Positions 21,090-30,613 of a stretch of 64,000 nucleotides of DNA are shown piece by piece. A model generated the notes under the pieces. That model was given only the letters and a program-made list of their open reading frames with translations. It was not told where the DNA came from and searched no databases. Within the stretch, counting starts at the first letter, position 1. Each line of letters starts with the position of its first letter. The stretch is taken from positions 7,104,001-7,168,000 of the forward strand of contig OZ244999.1 of assembly GCA_965223265.1 (NCBI GenBank). The letters are read 5' to 3'. The position numbers and the translations under genes are program-made. This DNA comes from Planctomycetota bacterium. Its GTDB lineage: Bacteria; Planctomycetota; UBA8108; SXIK01.

Positions 21090-22188
21090 AGGGGCTCCCC
21101 AAACTCGCGCTCGGGTCCGGGTCAGGTGAGGCAGCGGCGGCGTCGACGACCGTGAGAACAAGCTCATGAGCTGCAGTCGCAATGCGTTCGACGTCAGCGG
21201 TCGAAAGATCCCCGGCAGCGACCATTTTCGACTCGAGCGCCTCGAGCGGATCCACCGGTGGATCGGGAGCGACCCGCCGCGCGAACGCGAGCGAATCGTC
21301 ACCCTCAGAATGGCCGCGCAGTCGCCCCACTCGCGCTTCGATGAGCGTCGGTCCAGCGCCGCCTCGGCCGCGCTCGACGGCAGTCGCGACTGCGCTCAGG
21401 ACGGCATCGGCGTCTGTTCCGTCAACCGCGACACCAGGAATGCCGTAGGCATCCCCGCGCGCGGCTAAGCTGCGGCATGCGAACTGCTCGGTCGTTGGTG
21501 TCGAAAACGCGAAGCCATTGTTCTCGATGACGAGCACCAAGGGCAGCGAGTACACGGACGCCATGTTCAGCGCCTCGTGAAAATCACCGGTCGACGTCGC
21601 CCCTTCGCCGACAAAGTGCAGCGCGACCCGCCCGCCCCCTTCCTGCTGCAGCGCGAACGCCACGCCGGCAGCGACCGGAATCATCGCCCCAAGGTGGCTG
21701 ATCATGCCGAAGTGGAGGATTCCGGAGCGTCTGTCGCAATAATTGTAGTGGTACGAACGATCACGCCCGCTCGTGAAACCATCAGCCTTGCCCAACATTT
21801 GACAGGCAAGACGATATAAAACGTTTCGGTCCTGGCGCCGCGAGGTTGGTGCAGTGGGTGCCGCAAAAAAGTGTGGAAAAAGCGTCGCAACATCGAAGTA
21901 GTAGCGCAGTATCGCACCGACATCGCGGTGCAGCGTCAGGAGTGCGTCGCCCGCTTCGAGGCAGTGGGCCGCCGGAACCGTGATCGCTTCGTTGCCGACG
22001 GCGCTGTACCACTTCCCGATGCCGCCAGTCTTGAGAAGTCGTTCAAATCTAACGTCCCATTCGCGTGCGAGGCGCATGAAGGCGTGAATCTCGCGCCACT
22101 GGGTCTCCTTCACACCGCCACGACTTGCGCCCAAGCTCGCCTCGACGGGATCGTGCCCGGTCGGTCGTCGGGTCGATGGGTTCTTCAT
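21079..22188 (-). CDS. 2-oxoacid dehydrogenase E1 alpha subunit (branched-chain-like)
   Basis: TPP motif GEGATSTGDFHEALN...IENN, and RLRGHSEGD. Confidence 0.92.
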   Translation of the reverse strand: MKNPSTRRPTGHDPVEASLGASRGGVKETQWREIHAFMRLAREWDVRFERLLKTGGIGKWYSAVGNEAITVPAAHCLEAGDALLTLHRDVGAILRYYFDVATLFPHFFAAPTAPTSRRQDRNVLYRLACQMLGKADGFTSGRDRSYHYNYCDRRSGILHFGMISHLGAMIPVAAGVAFALQQEGGGRVALHFVGEGATSTGDFHEALNMASVYSLPLVLVIENNGFAFSTPTTEQFACRSLAARGDAYGIPGVAVDGTDADAVLSAVATAVERGRGGAGPTLIEARVGRLRGHSEGDDSLAFARRVAPDPPVDPLEALESKMVAAGDLSTADVERIATAAHELVLTVVDAAAASPDPDPSASLGSPYAE

Positions 22189-22558
22189 AGTTGACTCATG
22201 GCTCGAGACAACGGCGTACCAGCAAAGCTCAGCAATCTCAGGGTGTCAGGATCATTCGGGAGGCCGAGAGGCGCCGCGCCGCATCCTCATCGCCGGATGG
22301 TACCGCCTTTTTCATCTTCGACCAGGGTCCGGGCTGGGCTTCGATAATTCCACCAGCCACGAAAACGTCCCCAACCGCGGACAACCACCGCGGCATCGAT
22401 GCCGCCCGCAAAGGCTGAAGGAGTAGCAGTTTGCGCGATGGACGCCTAACGGGCGTTTCGTCGCTGGGCGATTCCTCCCTACAATTGAAGAATCTCTCCG
22501 CGCGCCCGTCGAACGAAGAGAGTTTCCCACAATCTGCGGACGAACGAGATCGGAGCCC

Positions 22559-23821
22559 ATGCGACACTTTCGGAAGCCGTACCAACTGCTGTTACTTCTC
22601 TCAATCGCGCTGCTTTCCGCGGCGTGTCACAGCGACCGACGCACGCGAGTCATCGTTGTCGACACCGGCATCGTGGTGGCGGATTTCCAGTCGATCGCTG
22701 ACTATGTAGCTGACCCGACGGTGCAGGAAATCCTTCGCTTCATGCCGCGCAACGGAGGCAGTTCACCGCCAACGATTCAGGGCCAATACTTCGCTGATGG
22801 CACGATCGACTCGACGACGATCCCTGGCACCGCGCCAGGTGATGCCGTCACCGCGGAATTCTGTGTCGGGGCCAACGGCGGCAGTCTCATCGACGTCACC
22901 GTTCTCGATCTCTCCGTGCAGGAGGGCGGCGCGCTTTCCTTCATCGAAGGGAGTGGCAACCAGTTCACGATCTACACAGCATTCAAGTCGGTGCAAACGC
23001 TCGCGACTGGAGGCACCTGCGAAATCCACGAGGTCAACATCTACTCCGGCACAGTGGAAGCCGACGGCAGTCTCTCGGACCTCTACATCGGCCAGGGAAT
23101 CGTCGGCATCATCGGAACCTGCAGTACTCTCCTCGTCGGTGACTTCCAGATCTCGCACACGAGCGCAACGCGCACCGCCGACAGCTGCCTAGACGGTTCC
23201 GACCCCGGTTCGTCGCCGGCCGATCCCGGCTTGGTGTTAGCAGAGATTGAGAACAACTTAGTCGTCGACGTTTTGGTCTTCGTCAACGGTGAAGATCTTG
23301 CGACGGCGGTGATTCCGGCGCTCAGTGTCGGAAGCTTCGAGACCGAACCTGGATTCGTGCTCGATTTCGAAAGTGTCCAGCCGATTGCCGGTCAAGATAG
23401 TGACGGCAACGACGTATTGATGGGCGAGATCATCGGCGGAGTCTTTCCCCAAGACCCGGCCGTCGCCGGCGGCAGCAGTCTCTACCTGCTCGAAAACGTA
23501 ATCGGGGACGACACGTTCTTCGCCCCATTGCCTCTCAACGAATCGAACCTTGAGATCTTCTCCGTCGTCAACTCCGGCGTGTTCATTCCGTTCTACCCGG
23601 ACCCGCAGACCGCAGGACTCGACTGCCTCTGCGCCTTGCCGCCCGACCCTGAGCCGTTCTTGGTGGGGTACTACTCGTACTCCCTCCCAGGAATCATCGA
23701 ACCTTCGCAGGCAAACGTGGCGTTCTTCAACGTCGCGGACGAGTCCCAGCTCATCGATCAGTTTCACGGGCCGTTTCCGCTTGAGGACTTTACGGGCGCG
23801 GTCGTCCTACGAGTGGAGTAG
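22559..23821 (+). CDS. Hypothetical acidic lipoprotein
   Basis: Signal peptide with lipobox LSAAC, beta-rich acidic sequence, G.sPP.I.G.Y segment, paired cysteines. Confidence 0.75.
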   Translation: MRHFRKPYQLLLLLSIALLSAACHSDRRTRVIVVDTGIVVADFQSIADYVADPTVQEILRFMPRNGGSSPPTIQGQYFADGTIDSTTIPGTAPGDAVTAEFCVGANGGSLIDVTVLDLSVQEGGALSFIEGSGNQFTIYTAFKSVQTLATGGTCEIHEVNIYSGTVEADGSLSDLYIGQGIVGIIGTCSTLLVGDFQISHTSATRTADSCLDGSDPGSSPADPGLVLAEIENNLVVDVLVFVNGEDLATAVIPALSVGSFETEPGFVLDFESVQPIAGQDSDGNDVLMGEIIGGVFPQDPAVAGGSSLYLLENVIGDDTFFAPLPLNESNLEIFSVVNSGVFIPFYPDPQTAGLDCLCALPPDPEPFLVGYYSYSLPGIIEPSQANVAFFNVADESQLIDQFHGPFPLEDFTGAVVLRVE

Positions 23822-23829
23822 CCGACAGC

Positions 23830-25446
23830 ATGAAATTCAGGAAAGCAGCCAGCGCCTCCCTCCTGCTCGCGGTGACGCTCTGCGCGATCTTCTTGGTTAC
23901 GCAGCGCGGCGGCGATCAAGGTGCTCAGAGCGTCGAGGAATCGTCAGATCGTGTCGTCTCGCGTCCCCTGCCAGCCGAGGCGCTCCTGGGTACGGACTCA
24001 AAGCCGATAGAGTTTTCGCAACCGCAGGCGGATCCACCTCCGGGAGATACTTCAGAAGCGACGCCTGAAGTCACCACGCTGGACGGTCGCGTCATCGATC
24101 CTCAAGGCGCCGCCGTCGGGGGCGCCCTGATCAAGCTCACGAGGCTGAGCGCCGGACCTGCTGGCGCGACGACCCGCAGCGACGATTCCGGCCAGTTTCA
24201 AGCTTCCCGCCTGACGCAAGGGACGTGGCGCGTCACGGCGTCGGCACAAGGCTATCGCCTGAGCGTCACGGAGGTCACCGTGCCGTCACTATCGGAGCTC
24301 GTGATCGAGCTTCAACGGGATGCGGGCTTCGTCGTCCAGGTCGTGGACGCTGCTGAGTTACCCGTAACCGGGGCTACTGTCGCTCTCCAGACGCGCAGCT
24401 ATCTGCAAAACGCACGACGGTCTGGCGTCACCAACGCTGACGGCGAGATAACGCTGGGCGGCTTCGCGACCGATGCTGACGATTGGCGCGGCGAGCTTCG
24501 CGTCACACACGCCGACTTTTTGCCGGTGCGGAGATTGTGCACCGCGTCCGACCTCGATGCCGCCACAGTCACGGTCCAAGTCGAGCGCGGCGTTTCTCTC
24601 CGCGGTCGCGTGTTGACCGCAGCAGGCGACGCTGCGCCAGGCGTCGAAGTCGTCGCCTCGATCGACGAAGGCGCGGACACCCAACGCCTGTACACGACGG
24701 CGGACGGCCTGTTTCACTTTCGGCGCTTACCCACGGGTTCGTGCCGGCTCAGTGTCGCCTCAGCGCGCTACGGCTGTGCCGTCGTCGACGCCGTAGACCT
24801 GCGGCGAGGGGGCGACCATCGTGACGACGGCCACAGTGCAGGATCACCCTCGGCTCCCGAATCCAGAACCGATGTCGAGATTCACCTCGAAGCTGGCACG
24901 GGCATCATCGCCGGCGCGATCAAGCGCACATCAGGTGCACCGGCGACGCTGTGCCGTGTCCGTATCGTGCCCCGAAAACCATCGCCGGATCAGCGACGCA
25001 GCATGGCAGCGCTGGCGCTTGAGGTTGCCACCGATGCCGATGGACTGTTTCGTTTCGAGGGGCTGGCGGCGGCCGAGTATAACGTCGAAGTCGGCGGTGC
25101 GCGTTACGTTCGCCTGCCGCGGCAAGTGGTACGAGCCGACAGCTCCGATCTTCTGTTTCACATCGACGAGCCTGGGACGATCTCCGGCCAGCTCTTGCTC
25201 CCCGGAGTCGAAGGAAAGACCCTCTCGCTTGTCGTCGAACGCCAGCTCGACGACACCGCGCCGACTGGAAGCGGCTACCGGCGCACCGTGCAGCTCTCGG
25301 CGAATCGCCCTCGATTCAAGCTCGCACGCCTGCCGAGCGGAGTCTACGACATCACTCTCTTAGCCGACGGTCGCGAGGTCGCCAAGAAGCTCGACGTACA
25401 TGTCGGGCCCGGAGCGACGACGACAACTGTGGTCGAGCGCCACTAA
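23830..25446 (+). CDS. Membrane-anchored carboxypeptidase-regulatory-like (Cna-B type) repeat protein
   Basis: N-terminal TM segment; repeated GRV.D..G.PV.GA / T..DG.F.F..L..G.Y units. Confidence 0.85.
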   Translation: MKFRKAASASLLLAVTLCAIFLVTQRGGDQGAQSVEESSDRVVSRPLPAEALLGTDSKPIEFSQPQADPPPGDTSEATPEVTTLDGRVIDPQGAAVGGALIKLTRLSAGPAGATTRSDDSGQFQASRLTQGTWRVTASAQGYRLSVTEVTVPSLSELVIELQRDAGFVVQVVDAAELPVTGATVALQTRSYLQNARRSGVTNADGEITLGGFATDADDWRGELRVTHADFLPVRRLCTASDLDAATVTVQVERGVSLRGRVLTAAGDAAPGVEVVASIDEGADTQRLYTTADGLFHFRRLPTGSCRLSVASARYGCAVVDAVDLRRGGDHRDDGHSAGSPSAPESRTDVEIHLEAGTGIIAGAIKRTSGAPATLCRVRIVPRKPSPDQRRSMAALALEVATDADGLFRFEGLAAAEYNVEVGGARYVRLPRQVVRADSSDLLFHIDEPGTISGQLLLPGVEGKTLSLVVERQLDDTAPTGSGYRRTVQLSANRPRFKLARLPSGVYDITLLADGREVAKKLDVHVGPGATTTTVVERH

Positions 25447-25554
25447 CAACCCGGCGCCGTCGACCCCCGTCCTGTCCGAGCCTTAGCGCGGTCCGGACTC
25501 CTTTCGTCTGCGCCGGCGTTCACCGGTCCTTGCGGGCGTTGGGGCGGCCAGGGA

Positions 25555-27042
25555 CTACTCGAGCGGCACGTTGATGCCGATGAAAACCGACGCGCCGGCG
25601 CGCTCGGGAATGTCGTTGCCATCGACCTCGGTGAACTCCGGGCTCATGCTGGCGGCGATTTCGATGTGAACCGTGGCGATACGAAATCCAACGCCGCCGT
25701 GAATCGACAGGCTTTCGTCCGACTCCGATAGATTCTTGGAGACACCGCCGCGCAGCATCACGGCATCGAAGAGGGCATACTCAAGTCCACCGCCAATCGT
25801 ACGGGTCTCGTAGCCGAGGAGCGACTCGGAGTTATTCTCGAGCACGTCGACGTCGACGGCGAGGGTCAGGCCGGTTTCCGGAATGCGAAGTGCAGCCCCA
25901 GCTCGAATCTGCGGCTCAAGAACGTATTTCCCCGGTCCATCGAAGTCGAACTCAGGTCGGTTGAGATTGCGACCGACGACCCCGAAGGACAACCATTCAA
26001 CGGGCTGAACAAGCACGCCCACATCGATACCAAAATTCAGCGACTCCTCCATATTCTCGGAATCGAAGAGGTCTTCCGCTAGATCAGCAGAGTCTTCGAT
26101 CGTGCTCAACGTGAACGGCTCGAAGAACGTGCTACCGTACATGAGCTTTGCCGTCGCGCCGACGCTGATCAGTTCGAGAAACGGGTAAGCGAACGAGACT
26201 CCGTACTCCTGCACGAGGATCCCGCGCAGATCCACACCACTTCCGTTCTGGCTGAAGAAGCTATCGGTGTCGCCGCCGATGTTGTCTTGTGTACTCTGCA
26301 GAATGTTTTGGATGTTCTGCTGTACCGCGGGGTCAGCGACCCCAACTCCTGCCTGTTCGGCCTGGAAGACGATCTCTTCGGCTTGGTTCTGCGTCGCGAG
26401 GCCGGCGGAAGCAAGGGAATCCGCAAACGCTTGGCCTTCGGGTGTCAGCGCACCAGTGCGGTCGTTGCCCGCGCCGATCACGCCAGCAATCCCCTCATCG
26501 CCGAGGGCGATGTTTTGGAGGTCAAGATTCGTCACGCCGCCCGCAGACGCCAGGGCGAGCGCCGAAAAGCCGAAGTACTTCACTCTCGCGGCCAGCGCGA
26601 CGCTCGCGTTCGATACCAAACCGACGCCGTCGGCGTCGAGTTGCGGCAACTCTTCCGCGAGAATGCGAATTGCGTCCTGCAGCTCCTGGTCATTGAGGAG
26701 CTGTGCAGGATCGTCCAGACGATTCTCCAGATCACCAAAGTCACCAAGGTTATCCACGAGCTCGGAGATGTCGTCAACGTTGTCAAGCACATCACCGATG
26801 GCGCCGGCGTTCACCGACACCGGAAGCGCCAAATCCCAAAAGCTGTCGACCCGTGGCGCCTTCGGGGGCGCGAGTCCAGCAGGGTTCCAATAAAAACTGA
26901 GAGCACCTCGCGTCGAAGCGACACCTGCACCGCCCATTCCCATCTGGCGCGAACCTAGCGTTGCCCACTCTTCGCCGCGGATCGTGTTTCCCATCGAGGA
27001 CGCGATGAGTAGGATCGACAGGACGCGAACTGACAGCTTCAT
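25555..27042 (-). CDS. TraF-like outer-membrane beta-barrel protein (TraF_2/FadL-related)
   Basis: Signal peptide, then GSRQMGMGGAGVA...FYWNPAGL. C-terminal FGIDVG...GVVGRNLNRPEF...PQIRAG...VDVD amphipathic strands. Confidence 0.8.
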   Translation of the reverse strand: MKLSVRVLSILLIASSMGNTIRGEEWATLGSRQMGMGGAGVASTRGALSFYWNPAGLAPPKAPRVDSFWDLALPVSVNAGAIGDVLDNVDDISELVDNLGDFGDLENRLDDPAQLLNDQELQDAIRILAEELPQLDADGVGLVSNASVALAARVKYFGFSALALASAGGVTNLDLQNIALGDEGIAGVIGAGNDRTGALTPEGQAFADSLASAGLATQNQAEEIVFQAEQAGVGVADPAVQQNIQNILQSTQDNIGGDTDSFFSQNGSGVDLRGILVQEYGVSFAYPFLELISVGATAKLMYGSTFFEPFTLSTIEDSADLAEDLFDSENMEESLNFGIDVGVLVQPVEWLSFGVVGRNLNRPEFDFDGPGKYVLEPQIRAGAALRIPETGLTLAVDVDVLENNSESLLGYETRTIGGGLEYALFDAVMLRGGVSKNLSESDESLSIHGGVGFRIATVHIEIAASMSPEFTEVDGNDIPERAGASVFIGINVPLE

Positions 27043-27356
27043 GGCTTTCCCTGTTCGTGTTTGCGTGGCGTGGCGGCGCAACATGAGCCCGCCGCACGCG
27101 CTTTCGTCGTGACGGAGGCAGGAGCGCTGAGCCTCGGGCTACGTCTTTTCGGGTCGATAACGTTCTGAGTCGGTCGCCCGTGAGCGACCTGCCCGTCCGA
27201 CTCCCGTGAATGGGCAGCCCCCCGGACGCTTCAACGCCAGAGGCCGCACCAACACTACGACACCGTCGTTTCGACACAAACGGCCCGAACCTTGAACGTA
27301 CGGCGCCGCCGCTGGGCAGAGGAAGCATGTCGAGAGATCGGGTGTTTCACGCCTAA

Positions 27357-27534
27357 CAGCCCGTTGAAAAAGTCATTCGGCCGAAGAAACTGGCCTCTTC
27401 ACGCCCAGACGGGCCGCGTCAATACTCGCCATCAGAATCGAAAGAAGAGGGCCCGAAGATGGCCTCCGTTTGCCGCAGCCGATCTGGACGCGAAGAGACC
27501 AGTTTTCGGCTCGAAGCACTTTTTCAACAGGCTG
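27357..27534. mobile_element. Family-A fold-back MITE, intact copy 4 (178 bp)
   Basis: CAGCCCGTTGAAAAAGTC...CACTTTTTCAACAGGCTG with perfect 4-bp direct repeat CTAA (27353-27356, 27535-27538). Confidence 0.92.
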
Positions 27535-27781
27535 CTAATCGACCGCACTCGCGCTTGCGACAGCTTCCGAATGGCGAGCAGTAGCCGGTCCCGAGGCAAA
27601 TGACTCCACTTTGAGCTCGAAGTACGCCGACCCAGCGCGCGCCGTAACGAAGAACGCGAACAGCAATTGGTTGTCAGATGCGCCACCTCGTGCAATCATC
27701 ACGGCTCAGAGCCCTCTCGGGTTGGCGGCGGGCGAACGCTGGCCGGGACCACCCGACGACAACCCTGCGCCTGGGAACAGC

Positions 27782-27817
27782 GACGATCAGAGCGACAATC
27801 AGAGTGGCGATCAGAGC
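27782..27817. repeat. 12-bp tandem repeat x3
   Basis: GACGATCAGAGC / GACAATCAGAGT / GGCGATCAGAGC. Confidence 0.8.
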
Positions 27818-27920
27818 GGCAAGCGACACCGCGAATCGACTTCGACGTCACCGGACCGACGGTCGGGAATAGCTCGACACTCATGCAGAGTCGTGCATTC
27901 TGCGCAAGGAGATGCAGCCT

Positions 27921-29141
27921 ATGAAGATCGCGACGTCGAGAATCCTCACCTTGTGCCTGCTGACGCTGGCGCTTGCAAGCATGGGCAGCAGCTCGTGCCA
28001 CTACCATAGCGACGACGACCACCACTGCCGCGATGATGATCATTTCGACGATGACGACTGCGTCCACATCCACACAACGCGGCGGCTAGAGACAGGTGAA
28101 GTTGTCGTTACGATTACCGATGCTCCGACAGCAGACTTGCTCGATTTCCGAGTCACGGTTCGAGAAATCGAACTCGTCGGCACCGAGATCGCTCCCGAGC
28201 GCCTTGATCCGCCGACCGACGGACACCGCGTGGAACTCCTTTCGCTGAGCGCGGACTCCCATGGGGAGAAGCTGCACGAGATCCTGGCACTATCGCGTCA
28301 CGTGCGCATCGGCGTCTACGAGGGCATTCGACTGAAACTGGTAGAACCTGTCGCCAGAACGCGGACCGCGTTTCCCAAACCCGCGGCGATACCTTTTGTC
28401 ACCGATGACGAAGTCCTCGAAGTCTCCTTCGCAGAGCCGCTCGCCATAGCGCCAGACGAGCTCACGCGGTTAGTCATCGACGTCGACCTGGAACAATCGG
28501 AGTTCGACGTCGCTGCAACTCGCTTCGCTCCCGGAGGACGCCGCTTCCGGCCACATATCACGGTTTCGGTGCATGACTCTGTAGACGATACCGCACACGT
28601 GCTTGCGGATGTCGCTGGCAGCATCGTCTCGATCGACCACACTGCGATGCTCTTGCGTGTCAACCTGCACGCCGGCAAAGGAGAGATCACGGTTCGCACG
28701 GATGATACGACGCGCTTCGCCGCAGCGCAGCGACAGCTTGGCGACCTCAGCGGGTTAACCAGAGGAGAGGATGTCACTCTGGCGGGCATCCTCAATCGAT
28801 TTGGTGAGTTGGAAGCCAGTGCGGTTTTCGCTTCGGGGACCGCGAGACGCTGGATCGGGCGTGTCACGGAAGCGAATCTTGACGGCACGTTCATGGTTGA
28901 GGCTTTGGCTGAAGGCCGGCTGACCCACATGCGCATTGCGCCAGATGCGTCGACGATTCTGCGGCAGCGTTCTCGCATGGCCGGAACCGGCGACATCGCG
29001 CTTGGCGACCGGCTCCACATGATCACGCTCTCCGAGCCAGCGACTGAGATCGACTTGATCGTCCCAGCGTTCGTGGATATCGGCAGCCGACCGAGGCTCC
29101 AGACCATTGACTCCATTCGACCGGGTGTCTTGACCCGTTGA
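27921..29141 (+). CDS. DUF4382 + DUF5666-like exported protein with His/Asp-rich N-terminus
   Basis: AGGAG RBS and signal peptide ending SSSC; HYHSDDDHHCRDDDHFDDDDCVHIH; VTITDAP, GVYEGIRL, LVIDVD..FRP; C-terminal G.I.SID...L..G..V OB-like repeats. Confidence 0.75.
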   Translation: MKIATSRILTLCLLTLALASMGSSSCHYHSDDDHHCRDDDHFDDDDCVHIHTTRRLETGEVVVTITDAPTADLLDFRVTVREIELVGTEIAPERLDPPTDGHRVELLSLSADSHGEKLHEILALSRHVRIGVYEGIRLKLVEPVARTRTAFPKPAAIPFVTDDEVLEVSFAEPLAIAPDELTRLVIDVDLEQSEFDVAATRFAPGGRRFRPHITVSVHDSVDDTAHVLADVAGSIVSIDHTAMLLRVNLHAGKGEITVRTDDTTRFAAAQRQLGDLSGLTRGEDVTLAGILNRFGELEASAVFASGTARRWIGRVTEANLDGTFMVEALAEGRLTHMRIAPDASTILRQRSRMAGTGDIALGDRLHMITLSEPATEIDLIVPAFVDIGSRPRLQTIDSIRPGVLTR

Positions 29142-29216
29142 CTTGGCAACCGCGGTGCGACGCACCATGGACGCACTCGGTCGACCACCACCGCCTGGGA
29201 GGTTCGAGCTCTGACC

Positions 29217-30560
29217 GTGCGACGACTCTACGCCGCATGCGGACGTCCAGTGGACATCGCTTGGCTCGTGGCGATCCGCATCTGTTTCGGGGTGGCGCTC
29301 TTCACCAACACGGCTCGCTACTGTGCCAAGGAGCTCCTGGGATCGTCGTACACCGGTGACGCGTTTCAGTTTACCTACCTGGGTTTCGGCTGGATCTCCC
29401 CATGGCCGGGCGTGGGAATGGCGGTTCACTTTGGCGTCCTGGCCGTGCTGGCACTAGCCATCGCCGTTGGATTCCTCTACCGCCTGGCAGCAGCTCTGTT
29501 TTGTGCCGGTTTCACGTACGTTTTCCTTCTCGATAAGGCCACCTATCTGAACCACTTCTATCTGATCTGCTTGCTCGCCTTCTTACTCGCTCTTTTCTTG
29601 CCGGCGCACCGCGCGCTCTCGTTCGATGCGTGGAGCCGCCGCACGATCTACACGCCAACCGTTGACGTATGGACGCTATGGCTCCTCCGGTTTCAGGTCG
29701 GTTTGGTCTACTTCTACGCAGGCATAGCGAAACTTAATGGCGACTGGCTGGCTGGCGAACCGATTCGCTCCTGGCTCGGATCTCGTCAAGACGCCCCGCT
29801 TGTCGGCGGGCTCGTCGATCAGGAGTGGTTCGTCGATTTCGTCGCCTTCGGCGGTGTGGCATTCGATCTCCTCGCGGCACCACTCCTCTTATGGAAACGC
29901 ACGCGGCCTTGGATGTTTCTGTGCACCGTCTTCTTCCATCTCACCAATGCGCTCATCTTCGATATCGGTGTGTTCCCATGGCTCATGCTCGGCATGACGA
30001 CCGTATTCTTTGCGCCCGATTGGCCGCGCCAACTACTGCGTCGAGCATCCCCGGAGGTCCCGAAAGCTGCGGCCATCGAGGAGCTCGCAAGCGCTCGGCA
30101 GAGCAGGCCGAATCGTCTTCTGCTAGCAGGCGCGGTCTTATACGCGGTCCTCCAGGTGTTGGTGCCACTGCGGCACCACCTCTATCCAGGTGACGTCGCC
30201 TGGACCGAAGAAGGACATCGGTTCAGCTGGCGGATGAAGCTCCGCGACAAGGAAGGGAAAATCTGGTTTGTAGCGAACGACCGAAAAGAGGGTAAGTCGT
30301 GGACGCTGCCGATAGACCATCTGCTCACAGAGCGGCAGAAACGAAAGATGGCGGGCGTTCCGGACATGATTTTACAGCTCGCCCACCAACTGGCGGCTGA
30401 CCTCCGAAGGCAAGGCAAGCAGGACGTGGCGGTTTACGCGCACGCCTTCGCGTCACTCAACGGGCGTCCGTACCAGCGCCTCGTCGATCCGAACGTCGAC
30501 CTCTCGTCCGTGCCCCGAGACCTATGGCCGGCGCTGTGGATCGTGCCCCTCGAAGACTAG
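29217..30560 (+). CDS. HTTM-domain vitamin K-dependent gamma-carboxylase-like membrane protein
   Basis: YLNHFYL, YFYAGIAKLNGDWL, FHLTN..IF.IG.FP, WTEEGHRFSWRMKL, SLNGRPYQRLVDP.VDL. Confidence 0.9.
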   Translation: MRRLYAACGRPVDIAWLVAIRICFGVALFTNTARYCAKELLGSSYTGDAFQFTYLGFGWISPWPGVGMAVHFGVLAVLALAIAVGFLYRLAAALFCAGFTYVFLLDKATYLNHFYLICLLAFLLALFLPAHRALSFDAWSRRTIYTPTVDVWTLWLLRFQVGLVYFYAGIAKLNGDWLAGEPIRSWLGSRQDAPLVGGLVDQEWFVDFVAFGGVAFDLLAAPLLLWKRTRPWMFLCTVFFHLTNALIFDIGVFPWLMLGMTTVFFAPDWPRQLLRRASPEVPKAAAIEELASARQSRPNRLLLAGAVLYAVLQVLVPLRHHLYPGDVAWTEEGHRFSWRMKLRDKEGKIWFVANDRKEGKSWTLPIDHLLTERQKRKMAGVPDMILQLAHQLAADLRRQGKQDVAVYAHAFASLNGRPYQRLVDPNVDLSSVPRDLWPALWIVPLED

Positions 30561-30613
30561 CGCTCGGCCGTTTCGCGGCCAGCGGGCGTTGCGAACGTCG
30601 AAAGTTCTGAAGC

